Shown here piece by piece: positions 9,501 through 17,386 of a stretch of DNA of 64,000 nt. Positions within the stretch are counted from its first letter, which is position 1, and the number at the start of each line of letters is the position of its first letter. The DNA comes from Armatimonadota bacterium (GTDB lineage: Bacteria > Armatimonadota > UBA5829 > DTLH01), in assembly GCA_039680575.1 (NCBI GenBank), contig JBDKSP010000023.1:13506-77505 (forward strand), read 5' to 3'. A model generated the notes under the pieces. The model was not told the DNA's origin. It worked only from the letters and a program-made list of their open reading frames with translations, and searched no databases. The translations under genes were made by a program, and so were the position numbers.

Positions 9501-9917
9501 AATGATAGGCTGCGAGCTGATGTCCGCCTTCGTGATCGCAGGCTCTTCTATGTCGTCGGGCAGTGTACTCCTGACTGTGGACATCTTATCTCTTACATCC
9601 GCTGCTGCCGTATCGACATCCGTGCCTAACTCGAACTCCATCAGGATAAGCGACGTGCCGTCCTGCGAGTACGATGTCATATTTTTGAGTCCCGAGGTTG
9701 AACCGACGCCATCTTCGATGGGTTTGGTGACGAGCGTCTCTATCTCCTGCGGCCCTGCGCCCGCATAAATGGTATAGATTGCCACATACGGCAGGTCTAT
9801 CTTAGGCGTCAGTTCCTCAGGCATCTTTTGGCGTGCGGTAAACCCAAGGATGATGAGTGCAAGCACCACCATCAATATGAACACCGGACGCTTTATACTT
9901 ACGTTAGTTAGCCACAT
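6528..9917 (-). CDS. RND efflux transporter, inner-membrane subunit (AcrB/HAE family)
   Basis: 1129 aa. MWLTNVSIKRPVFILMV start typical of AcrB-family pumps. Two large periplasmic loops and 12 TM pattern, with an extra insertion and C-terminal tail. Confidence 0.93.
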   Translation of the reverse strand: MWLTNVSIKRPVFILMVVLALIILGFTARQKMPEELTPKIDLPYVAIYTIYAGAGPQEIETLVTKPIEDGVGSTSGLKNMTSYSQDGTSLILMEFELGTDVDTAAADVRDKMSTVRSTLPDDIEEPAITKADISSQPIITMALESGNKSGRDLRILADKTIKDKLSSVSGAAAVYINGGEEREVSVSIDRDRLQAYGLSINQVAQEMKAENLNLPSGSIKEGAGGKEIRSYAVRTVGEFKDANEIANIKIQAPGGGTVRLGDIATVQDTVKEPEEFVRLNGKSAVILSVQKQSDANVVEVADGIKKDIDFFNGYTDDKGNKVKGQLPAGTKLVITNDDSEFVKDALHDVNQSLLEGIILVVLIVFLFLHSGRATMIVAFAIPTSLVATFLPISSFGFTMNMMTMLALSLCVGILVDDSIVVLENIERHVRKGESPPEAALNGRSEIGLAAIAITLVDVVVFVPIAFMGGIVGQFFRQFGITIATATLFSLFMSFTLTPMLASRWLRSKEEEEATEERAHRTRTGRIFDKVEAFYAKLDRGYRGVLAWALENRAMVVAIGLISLLTVLAMMPVSTKFRIVTAVIAAGVPLLIAAFNPKTKVVALVFGATMVLLALFVHFPIGGEFMPESDRGNVTVSVELPAGSGLDATDRVVRQIEGTLAGKKGVKYYQSTVGAGGGGRISLSSGSQYATIDVKLLDKGKERPMSQDEFMSQLSQDTALIPGATIRISAASNVGAGGQPVQMEITGSNMDEMVLVANQVQSKMAKVPGVINIKNSWELGKPELQIAVDRLRAADHGMSVSQVASAVRTSIVGNTDAKLRDQGDEYDIRVQLAKPERESIEDVSNVIIGSQGGTPVYLRDVADVKLAAAPNKIDRKNRQRLITIGANIDSAGGYKLANVQSQINKAIKEIPTGSTRISIGGSSELMNESFGYMISALFLAIALVYMLMGALFESFITPLVIMFSLPQAMIGALLALMITGHTISIVTMIGIIMLVGLVTKNAILLIDYTNTLRERGYTRNEAVLEAGPTRLRPIMMTTLAMVGGMTPTALALAKGAEWRAPMAVAVIGGLILSTLLTLLVIPTTYTIVDDWWNAFRRRMGHRENPDTPIPNPGMEIEPEYAIVDGDGHKP

Positions 9918-9967
9918 ATAATTATCTCCAATGGGATAGATGGGGAATTGAGATCAGTTATCATTCC

Positions 9968-11428
9968 CTATTTCTGTCCCTGGGCTTCTACCTTGGCTCC
10001 ATCCTGCAGGTTTTCATGTCCTGCTGTAATGACTACATCTCCGGCGCTTATATCGCTCGGCGGAACTGCCTCGACGAACTGCGAGTTAGACAATCCCTTT
10101 ACAATCGTATGCATCTTGGCTGTATTGCCCTTAAGCGTAAAGACTACTGTCTTACCATCGCGCTCCTCGATAGCATCCTGAGGAATGAGAACTACATTCG
10201 TATTGGCGCTGGTAACGATCGACCCACGGCCGAACATGCCCGGTTTCAGCTTCGAACCCGGATTAGGAATGCTCACTCTTACACTGAAGTTCCTAGTAGT
10301 TGTCGATGCAGTCGGGTATATCTTATGAACCTTGCCTATGAATGTCTCATTCTGATAAGCATCGACTGATACACCAACAGCCTGTCCCGGCTTTACCTTA
10401 GCAAGCACAGTCTCGGAAACATCAGCCTGCAGATAGACAATTTTCACGTTAACGACCTCCATCAAGGGCACACCCACGGTTGCGGTCTGTCCCGGCTCGG
10501 TCATACGCTTGGATACATAACCATCTATAGATGATCTTATGGACGTATTCTTAACCTGCTCTTTGGCAATGGCGATCTGTGCCTCAGCCTGAGATACACC
10601 GGCCTGAGCATTTTTTATATCCTCACGGCGAATGAGCGTCTGTCCCGCATTGGCTTTGGCTGCTCTAAGAGCCTCTCTTGCCTGCGTCACCTGTGTTTCG
10701 GCTGCCCGCACATCTTCCCTACGCGCGCCTTCTTCTACCAATGACAGGTTCTCTTTTGCCGAGTTATACTGCGCGAGCGCTACATCATACTGCGTCTGGT
10801 ATACATCGAGCTGTGCCTGCGCGACAGCGCCCTGCGCGAACAATTGCTTATAGCGCTTGAGGTTGGCCTGAGCGTTGTTCAGGTTAGCTTTGGCTGTCGC
10901 AACCTGGTTTTCCGCGATCATGCGCTCCTGCGAGCGAGCGCCCTTCCGAATTTTCTGCAGGTTCGCTTGGGCAGCCACAAGAGCTGCTTTGGCCTGCTGT
11001 ATAGCCGAGTTCGACTGCACATCCGTGACTGTCGCCGTAGTCCTGGCCTGGGAAAGCCCTGCATGCGCAGCCTCAAGCCCTGCCAGGGCTTGTCTTAGGG
11101 CTGCCTGTGCGTCAGTCGGATCGAGCTGGACCATCACCTGCCCTTTTCGCACGAAATCACCTTCCCGCGCTGCTACATAGACTACCTTGCCCATGATCTT
11201 TGGCGAAAGGGTCGTCGTATCGAGTGCGGTGATCGTTCCCGTAACCGGGACCGTATCTTCAATATTGCCCACTTGTACAACCGATGTATCTACGGGCAAT
11301 CCTACTTCTTTTTGAATCTGTTCAGCCGACTTTACCAGTTTCCTCGTACTGCGGATCCTGGACGCCGTGAAAAGCCCGGCCAGAACGGCTAGTATAGCTA
11401 TAATTGCTATTATTCTATTGCGACTCAT
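9968..11428 (-). CDS. Efflux membrane-fusion (periplasmic adaptor) protein, HlyD/AcrA family with long coiled-coil hairpin
   Basis: 486 aa. N-terminal anchor, lipoyl-like halves flanking an extended A/Q-rich coiled coil, and beta-barrel/MP domains (VYLQADVSE..., KPGMFGRGSIV). Confidence 0.88.
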   Translation of the reverse strand: MSRNRIIAIIAILAVLAGLFTASRIRSTRKLVKSAEQIQKEVGLPVDTSVVQVGNIEDTVPVTGTITALDTTTLSPKIMGKVVYVAAREGDFVRKGQVMVQLDPTDAQAALRQALAGLEAAHAGLSQARTTATVTDVQSNSAIQQAKAALVAAQANLQKIRKGARSQERMIAENQVATAKANLNNAQANLKRYKQLFAQGAVAQAQLDVYQTQYDVALAQYNSAKENLSLVEEGARREDVRAAETQVTQAREALRAAKANAGQTLIRREDIKNAQAGVSQAEAQIAIAKEQVKNTSIRSSIDGYVSKRMTEPGQTATVGVPLMEVVNVKIVYLQADVSETVLAKVKPGQAVGVSVDAYQNETFIGKVHKIYPTASTTTRNFSVRVSIPNPGSKLKPGMFGRGSIVTSANTNVVLIPQDAIEERDGKTVVFTLKGNTAKMHTIVKGLSNSQFVEAVPPSDISAGDVVITAGHENLQDGAKVEAQGQK

Positions 11429-12822
11429 TTATTTACTCCTTGAGGAACAGTCCCACTCGTGGTCGAACCTGTTGTCGGACCTGTGGTCGGCATTATTGTC
11501 GAAGCCGGCGGCACAATCTGTGCATACTCAGGCTGCGACGCCGTAGCGCGCTGCAACTGTGTAACTGCGTTCAGGTAATCATAGCGCGCTCTGACGAAAT
11601 TGGTCCGCGCTTGAGTCAGTGCGGATTCGGCATTCGTCACCTCGACAAATGGCGTTACCCCTTCCTGGTATCTGAGCCTCGAAAGCCTTAAGCTCTCTTC
11701 AGCCAGGGCTACATTGGACTGAGCGGTCTGAACTCGTCTCGACGACTCCATTACATTGGTCGCCGAAGTCCGAACTTCCTGCCCCACAACCAGAGAGGTC
11801 TGTTCCAAACTTTTTCTTGCTATCTCAACATCGTTTTTAGCCTCATCGACTCTTGCGCGGGTTGCCCCTCCGGTCCAGATCGGCCAGCTAACGGAAGCTC
11901 CGAATGTATATGTCGTATTGTTCGGGTTTATCGTAGATGTTTCACTCGACCAATCAGAAGTCGCAAAGAGCGCAAGAGCCGGATCATCCTCCGTCCGTGT
12001 GTAGCGCACGGTCTGCTCCGCGAGCTTCAAACTCGTCTCTGCCTGGCGCACCTCGGGACGCACGGACATGGCCTGGCGGATCGTCGCGTCTATATCTATC
12101 GTTACAGGAGCAACAGACACAACCTGTTCCTCCAGCCTGAACGGACGGTTTATATCTACGCCTATGACTCTGTTCAATAACGCCATGGCTATCTGAACAT
12201 TGCCTTCCGCCTGCAAGAGGTCCTGCTGCAGGTTGGCAACATTGACTTCAGCGCTTGTGACATCGAATCTCGCCACTACACCCGCTTCGAACTGCGCGCG
12301 GGCGATCCTGAGGTTCTCCTCAGCCGCCGCAATGGCTGCATTGGTCGTATCGACCGTTCCCTGCGTCCTGAGGACTGTATAATAGGAATTTTTGACATCC
12401 GCTATCAACTGCTGCAGAGTCTGCACCTCTCCGAATTCCTGCACATTTATCTGGAGAGAGGCGAGCCCCTTCCCGAGAGCGATCCTCCCGTTAGCATCCA
12501 CCGGCTGACTGACGGTTGCAGTTGCCGTAGTCTGACTCGACGGAGTCAACACCGAAGACGGGGTTATCCACACCGGCCCTGCTTCCAGATTCACTTTGAC
12601 CCGGCCCGCTGCTTTGGCTTCATCCAACTGGTTTTCCGCCCGGTTTACACGTTCGCGAGCGATTGCCAGCCCAGGATTACTCTGGATGGCGATGACCATC
12701 GCATCATCGAGCGTCAAAACAGGCGGCTGATCGGGAGCAACCGGCGTCGGCGCTTGACCAAAGACCGGTGCTGCCAGTGCGGCGACCACTATCAAACTGA
12801 CCATTGAGATACCGTATCGCAC
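11425..12822 (-). CDS. TolC-family outer-membrane efflux protein
   Basis: 465 aa. Signal peptide, two OEP repeats (LTLDDAMVIAIQSNPGL..., RYQEGVTPFVEVTNAESAL). 4-nt overlap with the adaptor gene start. Confidence 0.85.
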   Translation of the reverse strand: MRYGISMVSLIVVAALAAPVFGQAPTPVAPDQPPVLTLDDAMVIAIQSNPGLAIARERVNRAENQLDEAKAAGRVKVNLEAGPVWITPSSVLTPSSQTTATATVSQPVDANGRIALGKGLASLQINVQEFGEVQTLQQLIADVKNSYYTVLRTQGTVDTTNAAIAAAEENLRIARAQFEAGVVARFDVTSAEVNVANLQQDLLQAEGNVQIAMALLNRVIGVDINRPFRLEEQVVSVAPVTIDIDATIRQAMSVRPEVRQAETSLKLAEQTVRYTRTEDDPALALFATSDWSSETSTINPNNTTYTFGASVSWPIWTGGATRARVDEAKNDVEIARKSLEQTSLVVGQEVRTSATNVMESSRRVQTAQSNVALAEESLRLSRLRYQEGVTPFVEVTNAESALTQARTNFVRARYDYLNAVTQLQRATASQPEYAQIVPPASTIMPTTGPTTGSTTSGTVPQGVNK

Positions 12823-12887
12823 TTCTTAAGCCTCCAATATGAGGGATTGGGAGTTTGAGCTTCAAACGAGCTTTCCAGGCTCCAATC

Positions 12888-13586
12888 CTACTTCACACTG
12901 CCTTTCTTCTCTACAAATACCTTATCAGGTATGCCTTTGTTGATCTTGTAGTTACTGAACTTTACCTCAGCCGTGCCGCTTCCGGCTGCCTGAGGCACTT
13001 CTCTTCCTTTGTGATGGCCGGGTTTCCGGCCCGACTCCATGCCGTTCATATCGATCTTGATCCGGGACGGCAGCCAATATTTACCGTCCACCTTTTTATA
13101 GCTCCAACTCGATGTCATCTTCATCCCGCTGGCTTCGGTCAGTGTCTTAAGTATCAACCCACGCCGCTTTTCGACATAGAGCTTCATAGAGCCGCCGGCC
13201 CGCGTCGTTTTTGGCTTGAGTTTCAGCACATGCACCGGCTCTTTGCCTATTTTGTCAGCGCAGTCATAGACTGCCGTAAAATTCTTCCTGATCTCCGCTA
13301 CCGGGTTCCCGGCAAAGGTCTTCGGCAGCACCGCAAAGCCTTCTTTTGCCGCAACTTTCACCTTATCCGGCTTTTTATAGTAAACAGTCGCCTTATTATT
13401 GGAAATGTGGACCTCTTGGCTCTTTACCGATACCGTCATATCGACTCTGTAGTCGTTTATACTGCTGTAGTTCTTCTGGACCGCGTCTAGCACATCGGAT
13501 GCCTTCGGACGCCCGGGCGCAGCTACCGCCACCGCGGTAATGAGCAGTGCAACAACTAACGAATCGGTAATTCTGACAGTTTTCAT
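12888..13586 (-). CDS. LolA-like / outer-membrane lipoprotein-sorting-fold protein
   Basis: 232 aa. Signal peptide, then VLDAVQKNYSSINDYRVDMTVSV...VYYKKPDKVKV...LKLKPK...DGKYWLPSRIKI, a pattern typical of LolA-like half-barrel proteins. 4-nt overlap with the upstream ABC-2 permease gene. Confidence 0.55.
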   Translation of the reverse strand: MKTVRITDSLVVALLITAVAVAAPGRPKASDVLDAVQKNYSSINDYRVDMTVSVKSQEVHISNNKATVYYKKPDKVKVAAKEGFAVLPKTFAGNPVAEIRKNFTAVYDCADKIGKEPVHVLKLKPKTTRAGGSMKLYVEKRRGLILKTLTEASGMKMTSSWSYKKVDGKYWLPSRIKIDMNGMESGRKPGHHKGREVPQAAGSGTAEVKFSNYKINKGIPDKVFVEKKGSVK

Positions 13587-14431
13587 GAGAGCACATCCTT
13601 CCGGCGAAAGATCAAAAAGCCTGCTCCGGCAAATGCTGCCGAGTATGTGAGCAGTATCAGGGCATATTTTCCGATCTCAAGCCATGGAATCTCATCTATA
13701 AAGAACCCTTCGAACGCCCCCATATAAGTCGTAAACAGATACGGCTCTATCGGGTCGAAATATCCAATCACTCCGACAAGCCTCAGGACAATATACACGA
13801 TCATCGCTCCGCCTATCGCGCCGAGCGAGTTCGTCACAAGAGTCGATATAAAGAACGCTATACTTCCGACTGTAAGGACCGCAAGAGCTGCGAATGCGTA
13901 AGCCAAAAGCATCCTCACCAGCCCCTCGCCTTCACTGTATACAAAGACTCCTTGAGCTTCAAAGAGCCCTCCCCACTGAAATGTCATAAGCGCTCCGCGC
14001 CCGAGGAATACTGCGCCTACCACATAGGAAGCGAGCCCTAAAAAGAGCGTAAGCGCTGCCGTATAAATAACCGCTGTCATAAGTTTCGCCGAGTACAGCC
14101 GTCCCCGGCTGATGGGACGGGAAAGCATCGACTTGAGTGTCCCTTCAGCCGCTTCGCCTGAGATCAGGTCTCCTACCACCACACATACGAAAAGCGGTAG
14201 GAAAAACTCTATCATAAACCTGAGTAAAAACCAGGCGACGAGCCCGCCGTTCAGCACACTTCCAACGGTAACAAACCCCGGAGGAGCAGTCATCTCCTGA
14301 AAGGGCGGTGGACCGTTTTTGAACCCAAGCGTCACAAGCCCTGTTATCCCCAGGAGCGCCGCGAACCCGATATAACTCCTGCTGCGACGTGTGAGCTTAA
14401 AAAGCTCAAGCCTGATCTGCTTCAACATCAC
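13583..14431 (-). CDS. ABC-2 type exporter permease
   Basis: 282 aa with about 6 TM segments. It overlaps the stop of the upstream ATPase gene, a typical ABC-2 pairing. Confidence 0.7.
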   Translation of the reverse strand: MMLKQIRLELFKLTRRSRSYIGFAALLGITGLVTLGFKNGPPPFQEMTAPPGFVTVGSVLNGGLVAWFLLRFMIEFFLPLFVCVVVGDLISGEAAEGTLKSMLSRPISRGRLYSAKLMTAVIYTAALTLFLGLASYVVGAVFLGRGALMTFQWGGLFEAQGVFVYSEGEGLVRMLLAYAFAALAVLTVGSIAFFISTLVTNSLGAIGGAMIVYIVLRLVGVIGYFDPIEPYLFTTYMGAFEGFFIDEIPWLEIGKYALILLTYSAAFAGAGFLIFRRKDVLS

Positions 14432-15332
14432 AAGCCCCCATCAGCGAGAAATAGAACTCCTCAAGCGACGTACTCACCGGAATAACTGCACTTACATCGA
14501 ACCCTGCCGTCACGAGCCGCCTGTTAATCTCGGATGCACATCCATCCTGTACGCCTACGACTATCCAGCCCGGTCCGACTTCATCGACCTTCGCAAAACC
14601 CGATCCATCTACCACTGCGGCTGCCTCCGAAGGCTTGTTCACCGTAATCCTGAGCCTTCCTTTGCCGGATAAAAGCTCCGGCACGCTCCCGGAGGCCACT
14701 TTTTTGCCCTTATGAATAACCGCAACCTTAGTACAGACCTGCTCCACTTCATGGAGCAGATGACTCGACAGAAAAATGGTCATTCCGTAGTCTTTCGACA
14801 GCTTCTTTATAAGCTCCCGGACTTCTTTCATCCCCTGAGGGTCCAGCCCGTTCGTCGGTTCATCCAATATGACAAGCTCAGGGCTTCCGACAATCGCCTG
14901 AGCGATCCCCAGACGCTGCTTCATCCCATGTGAGAACGACCTGACCCTATCATCAGACCTATCGAGCAGGCCAGTCTGTTCCAGAGCTTTGTCTATTTCT
15001 TGGCGGTTTATGCCGCCGGTCATCTCCGAAAGCACCCGGATGTTCTGGCGGGCGGTAAGATTCTTGTACAGCCCGGGGCTCTCGACGAGCGCGCCGACCT
15101 TCAAGAGCGCACGCGTCCGGTTCCTCCAGGTGTCATTTCCAAGCACCCGCACCGATCCGTTTGACGGCTTTATAAGCCCGAGCATCATGCGAATAGTCGT
15201 GCTCTTCCCTGCGCCGTTCGGCCCAAGGAACCCGAACACATCCCCGCGCTCGACCACAAGGTCCAGCCTGTCTACCGCAGAAAACGCACCGAACCGCTTC
15301 TCAAGGCCGCAAGCCTCGACAACGATCTCCAT
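14406..15332 (-). CDS. ABC transporter ATP-binding protein (ABC-2/CcmA-like exporter ATPase)
   Basis: 308 aa. Walker A GPNGAGKST, signature FSHGMKQRLGIA, Walker B LVILDEPTNGLD. Confidence 0.9.
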   Translation of the reverse strand: MEIVVEACGLEKRFGAFSAVDRLDLVVERGDVFGFLGPNGAGKSTTIRMMLGLIKPSNGSVRVLGNDTWRNRTRALLKVGALVESPGLYKNLTARQNIRVLSEMTGGINRQEIDKALEQTGLLDRSDDRVRSFSHGMKQRLGIAQAIVGSPELVILDEPTNGLDPQGMKEVRELIKKLSKDYGMTIFLSSHLLHEVEQVCTKVAVIHKGKKVASGSVPELLSGKGRLRITVNKPSEAAAVVDGSGFAKVDEVGPGWIVVGVQDGCASEINRRLVTAGFDVSAVIPVSTSLEEFYFSLMGACDVEADQA

Positions 15333-15376
15333 AGCGATGGTTGACCTCGTTTATTAATTTAAAAATCGCCAGTTAC

Positions 15377-15685
15377 TTATTTATCAGGTAAAACGCCATC
15401 ATGGCTGTCTAGTTCCAGCGTTCTTTCCCAGCCTTGAAGGCTCTCCTGGAATGTAGTCAAAACCTCCCGCATCGAATCTATTTTCGCAAGCACAAGCGCA
15501 TTTCCGTATGGGTGTCCCATCACCAGGAGCTTGTCACCTGGGCTGATACCCATCTTCTTTCTTGCCTCAGCAGGAATGACGACCTGCCCTCTCTCCCCAA
15601 CAGTTACGGAGCCGAAAAAATGCTCTTCAACTGAGCATTTGTTTTCCATGTTCAGCTCGCTCCCCTCTCTAAGACGATTCATCAT
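15377..15685 (-). CDS. AbrB/MazE/SpoVT-family DNA-binding protein (start uncertain; alternative ATG at 15649)
   Basis: VTVGERGQVVIPAEARKKMGISPGDKLLVM is a SpoVT-AbrB swapped-hairpin motif. It is the first gene of the export operon. Confidence 0.75.
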   Translation of the reverse strand: MMNRLREGSELNMENKCSVEEHFFGSVTVGERGQVVIPAEARKKMGISPGDKLLVMGHPYGNALVLAKIDSMREVLTTFQESLQGWERTLELDSHDGVLPDK

Positions 15686-15797
15686 GAACCGGTTAAAGCT
15701 CTTTCCAGTCTACGGGTTAACAACCAAACCTGCTGTAAACCGCTGAAAATTACTTTATTGCGCATATATCATACATTTCATACATTGCACACTAAGC

Positions 15798-15826
15798 ATT
15801 CTATACGAATAAAGCAGGCATGTCAA
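15798..15826 (-). promoter_or_regulatory. Sigma70-type promoter for the AbrB-ABC-LolA-TolC-RND operon
   Basis: On the minus strand: TTGACA (complement of 15821-15826), 17-nt spacer, TAGAAT (complement of 15798-15803). It lies ~110 nt upstream of the AbrB-like ORF. Confidence 0.5.
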
Positions 15827-16065
15827 GGTCGCGTAAGCTTTATTGTTAAGCTTTATCTGGCAAGCAGGCAGTCAACAGCAGGTTTCCGTAGGGGACATCA
15901 CTTTCTATGGCTGGTTTCTCTGCGGAAAGCAGGTTCATTGGCAGTGTGAAATGGGGAGACTGCTGCCAGCCTCCCCTGATGTATATTCCGAAGTCTATTC
16001 GTCGTAAAGTACCCTGAATAATACCCGTCAGTCCGTTACTCACGCTCCTCGTGAAGAGCGCTCTC

Positions 16066-16989
16066 CTAATGGAACCCTATGCGCTTGTCGCTGCTGCTGC
16101 AGAGCTCGACGGCGATCTTCGCGGCTATCCGGGCGTTGTTGATGAGAAGCGCGACATTCGCGTCGACCGCTTTCTCTCCGTAGCTCTCCTGAATCTTTGC
16201 AAGGAGCCATGGAGTCAACGCCGGGCCGGAAATCCCTTTCTCTTTCGCCGATTTTACCGCCTGGTCTATCGGTTCCTGCACATCTATGGCGTCTTTCTCC
16301 GGGATAGGCACGGCTATTACCATCCCGCTCTTCTGCCCGACCCCAAGTCTTGTCGTGTAGAGCGCCAAAACATCCTTGGGAGCGTCCAGTCTCGGCACCT
16401 TAAGTCCCGAATGAGGGCTGTAGAACGCAGGCAGTTCATCGGTCTCGTAACCGTAGACCGGGACCTGGTGTGTCTCCAGCCATTCGAGCGTCAAACCGAG
16501 GTCCAGCACGGCTTTCGGACCGGAACAGACGACTACGGAGGGCGTTTTGACGAGTTCCCACAGGTCGGCGGAGATGTCCCAGCTCTCGGATACCCCGCGA
16601 TGGACCCCGCCGATCCCGCCTGTAGCCATAATGAGGATCCCTGCGTTTGCGGCGATATAGGCCGTAGCCGCGACTGTGGTTGCCCCGTCGCGTTTGGCGA
16701 CAATCGCCGAGGCAATCTCCCTCGTCGAGACCTTCAGGGCATCGCCGGAGTGTGCAAACCGTACGATCTCCTCTTCAGAAAGCCCGATTTTGACCTTGCC
16801 TTTCACTATGCCTATCACGGCGGCCACACAGCCTTCTTTGTCCGCTTCACGGATCATCGAAAGCGCTGCCTTGACGCCTGCGTTACCCGGCAGCCCGTGC
16901 GCTATGACTGTCGATTCGAGCGCGATCACCGGCGCGTTCCGGTTAAGCGCCGCTTTTACGTTTTGTGATATCTCAAAAGGTTCTTTCAT
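16066..16989 (-). CDS. psuG: Pseudouridine-5'-phosphate glycosidase
   Basis: 307 aa. VIALESTVIAHGLP, GATTVAATAYIAANAGILIMATGGIGGVHRG and DISADLWEL align closely with E. coli YeiN/PsuG as recalled from memory. Confidence 0.9.
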   Translation of the reverse strand: MKEPFEISQNVKAALNRNAPVIALESTVIAHGLPGNAGVKAALSMIREADKEGCVAAVIGIVKGKVKIGLSEEEIVRFAHSGDALKVSTREIASAIVAKRDGATTVAATAYIAANAGILIMATGGIGGVHRGVSESWDISADLWELVKTPSVVVCSGPKAVLDLGLTLEWLETHQVPVYGYETDELPAFYSPHSGLKVPRLDAPKDVLALYTTRLGVGQKSGMVIAVPIPEKDAIDVQEPIDQAVKSAKEKGISGPALTPWLLAKIQESYGEKAVDANVALLINNARIAAKIAVELCSSSDKRIGFH

Positions 16990-17124
16990 AATGATGCCTT
17001 TCCTTCACTTGTACTGCCGGAAACCACTTCTGCCGAAAACACCCCAATTCCTCCAGCAGATGATGGCAAGAGTTCACTCTTAATGAGAGATTGCACATCA
17101 ACAATAACCAACACGTCATCATGG

Positions 17125-17300
17125 AAGCACGTCACTCTGAACTAAGGAGTTTCAGGTAATACCTGAAACTCTCCCCGGAAGATTTTCGGCTATGGCCGAA
17201 AATCCATAGATTCAGGGTCCATTTTCTTCCTGGATGCTGAGTCAAGCTCAGCATGACGTTGTGATAATTCAGTATGATGTTGTACTCATCAACTCTGAAC
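17125..17300. repeat. Family-A short form plus family-B hairpin repeat (copy 1)
   Basis: GAGTTTCAGGTAATACCTGAAACTC, GATTTTCGGCTATGGCCGAAAATC, CTGGATGCTGAGTCAAGCTCAGCATGACGTT. About 165 nt, nearly identical to 32865-33030. Confidence 0.8.
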
Positions 17301-17386
17301 ACTTACCGAAGAAGCGCGTTCTGGAGTCCCATTTTTCTCTTTACTGACCGTAATTAAGGTTCTGGAAGGACAATCTATCTCCCGGC

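Noticed and set aside
12855-13490. 211-aa + strand ORF opposite the LolA-like gene; similar long shadows at 16051-16968 (+), 18812-19633 (-), 21297-21983 (-), 22140-22931 (-), 24955-26028 (-), 29464-30756 (-), 30973-31527 (-) and 31963-32679 (-)
   Set aside because: Each is antisense to a gene with strong family motifs (psuG, GH31, pyrB/pyrC, carB and others). They have Arg/His/Pro-rich composition characteristic of GC-rich antisense frames.
15846-16043. 65-aa minus-strand ORF between psuG and the AbrB-operon promoter
   Set aside because: No RBS and no recognisable motif. The region contains a GGGGAG...CTCCCC hairpin and may just be the psuG 3' UTR. I could not match it to any RNA family by eye (no RNase P, tmRNA, SRP or 6S signatures).
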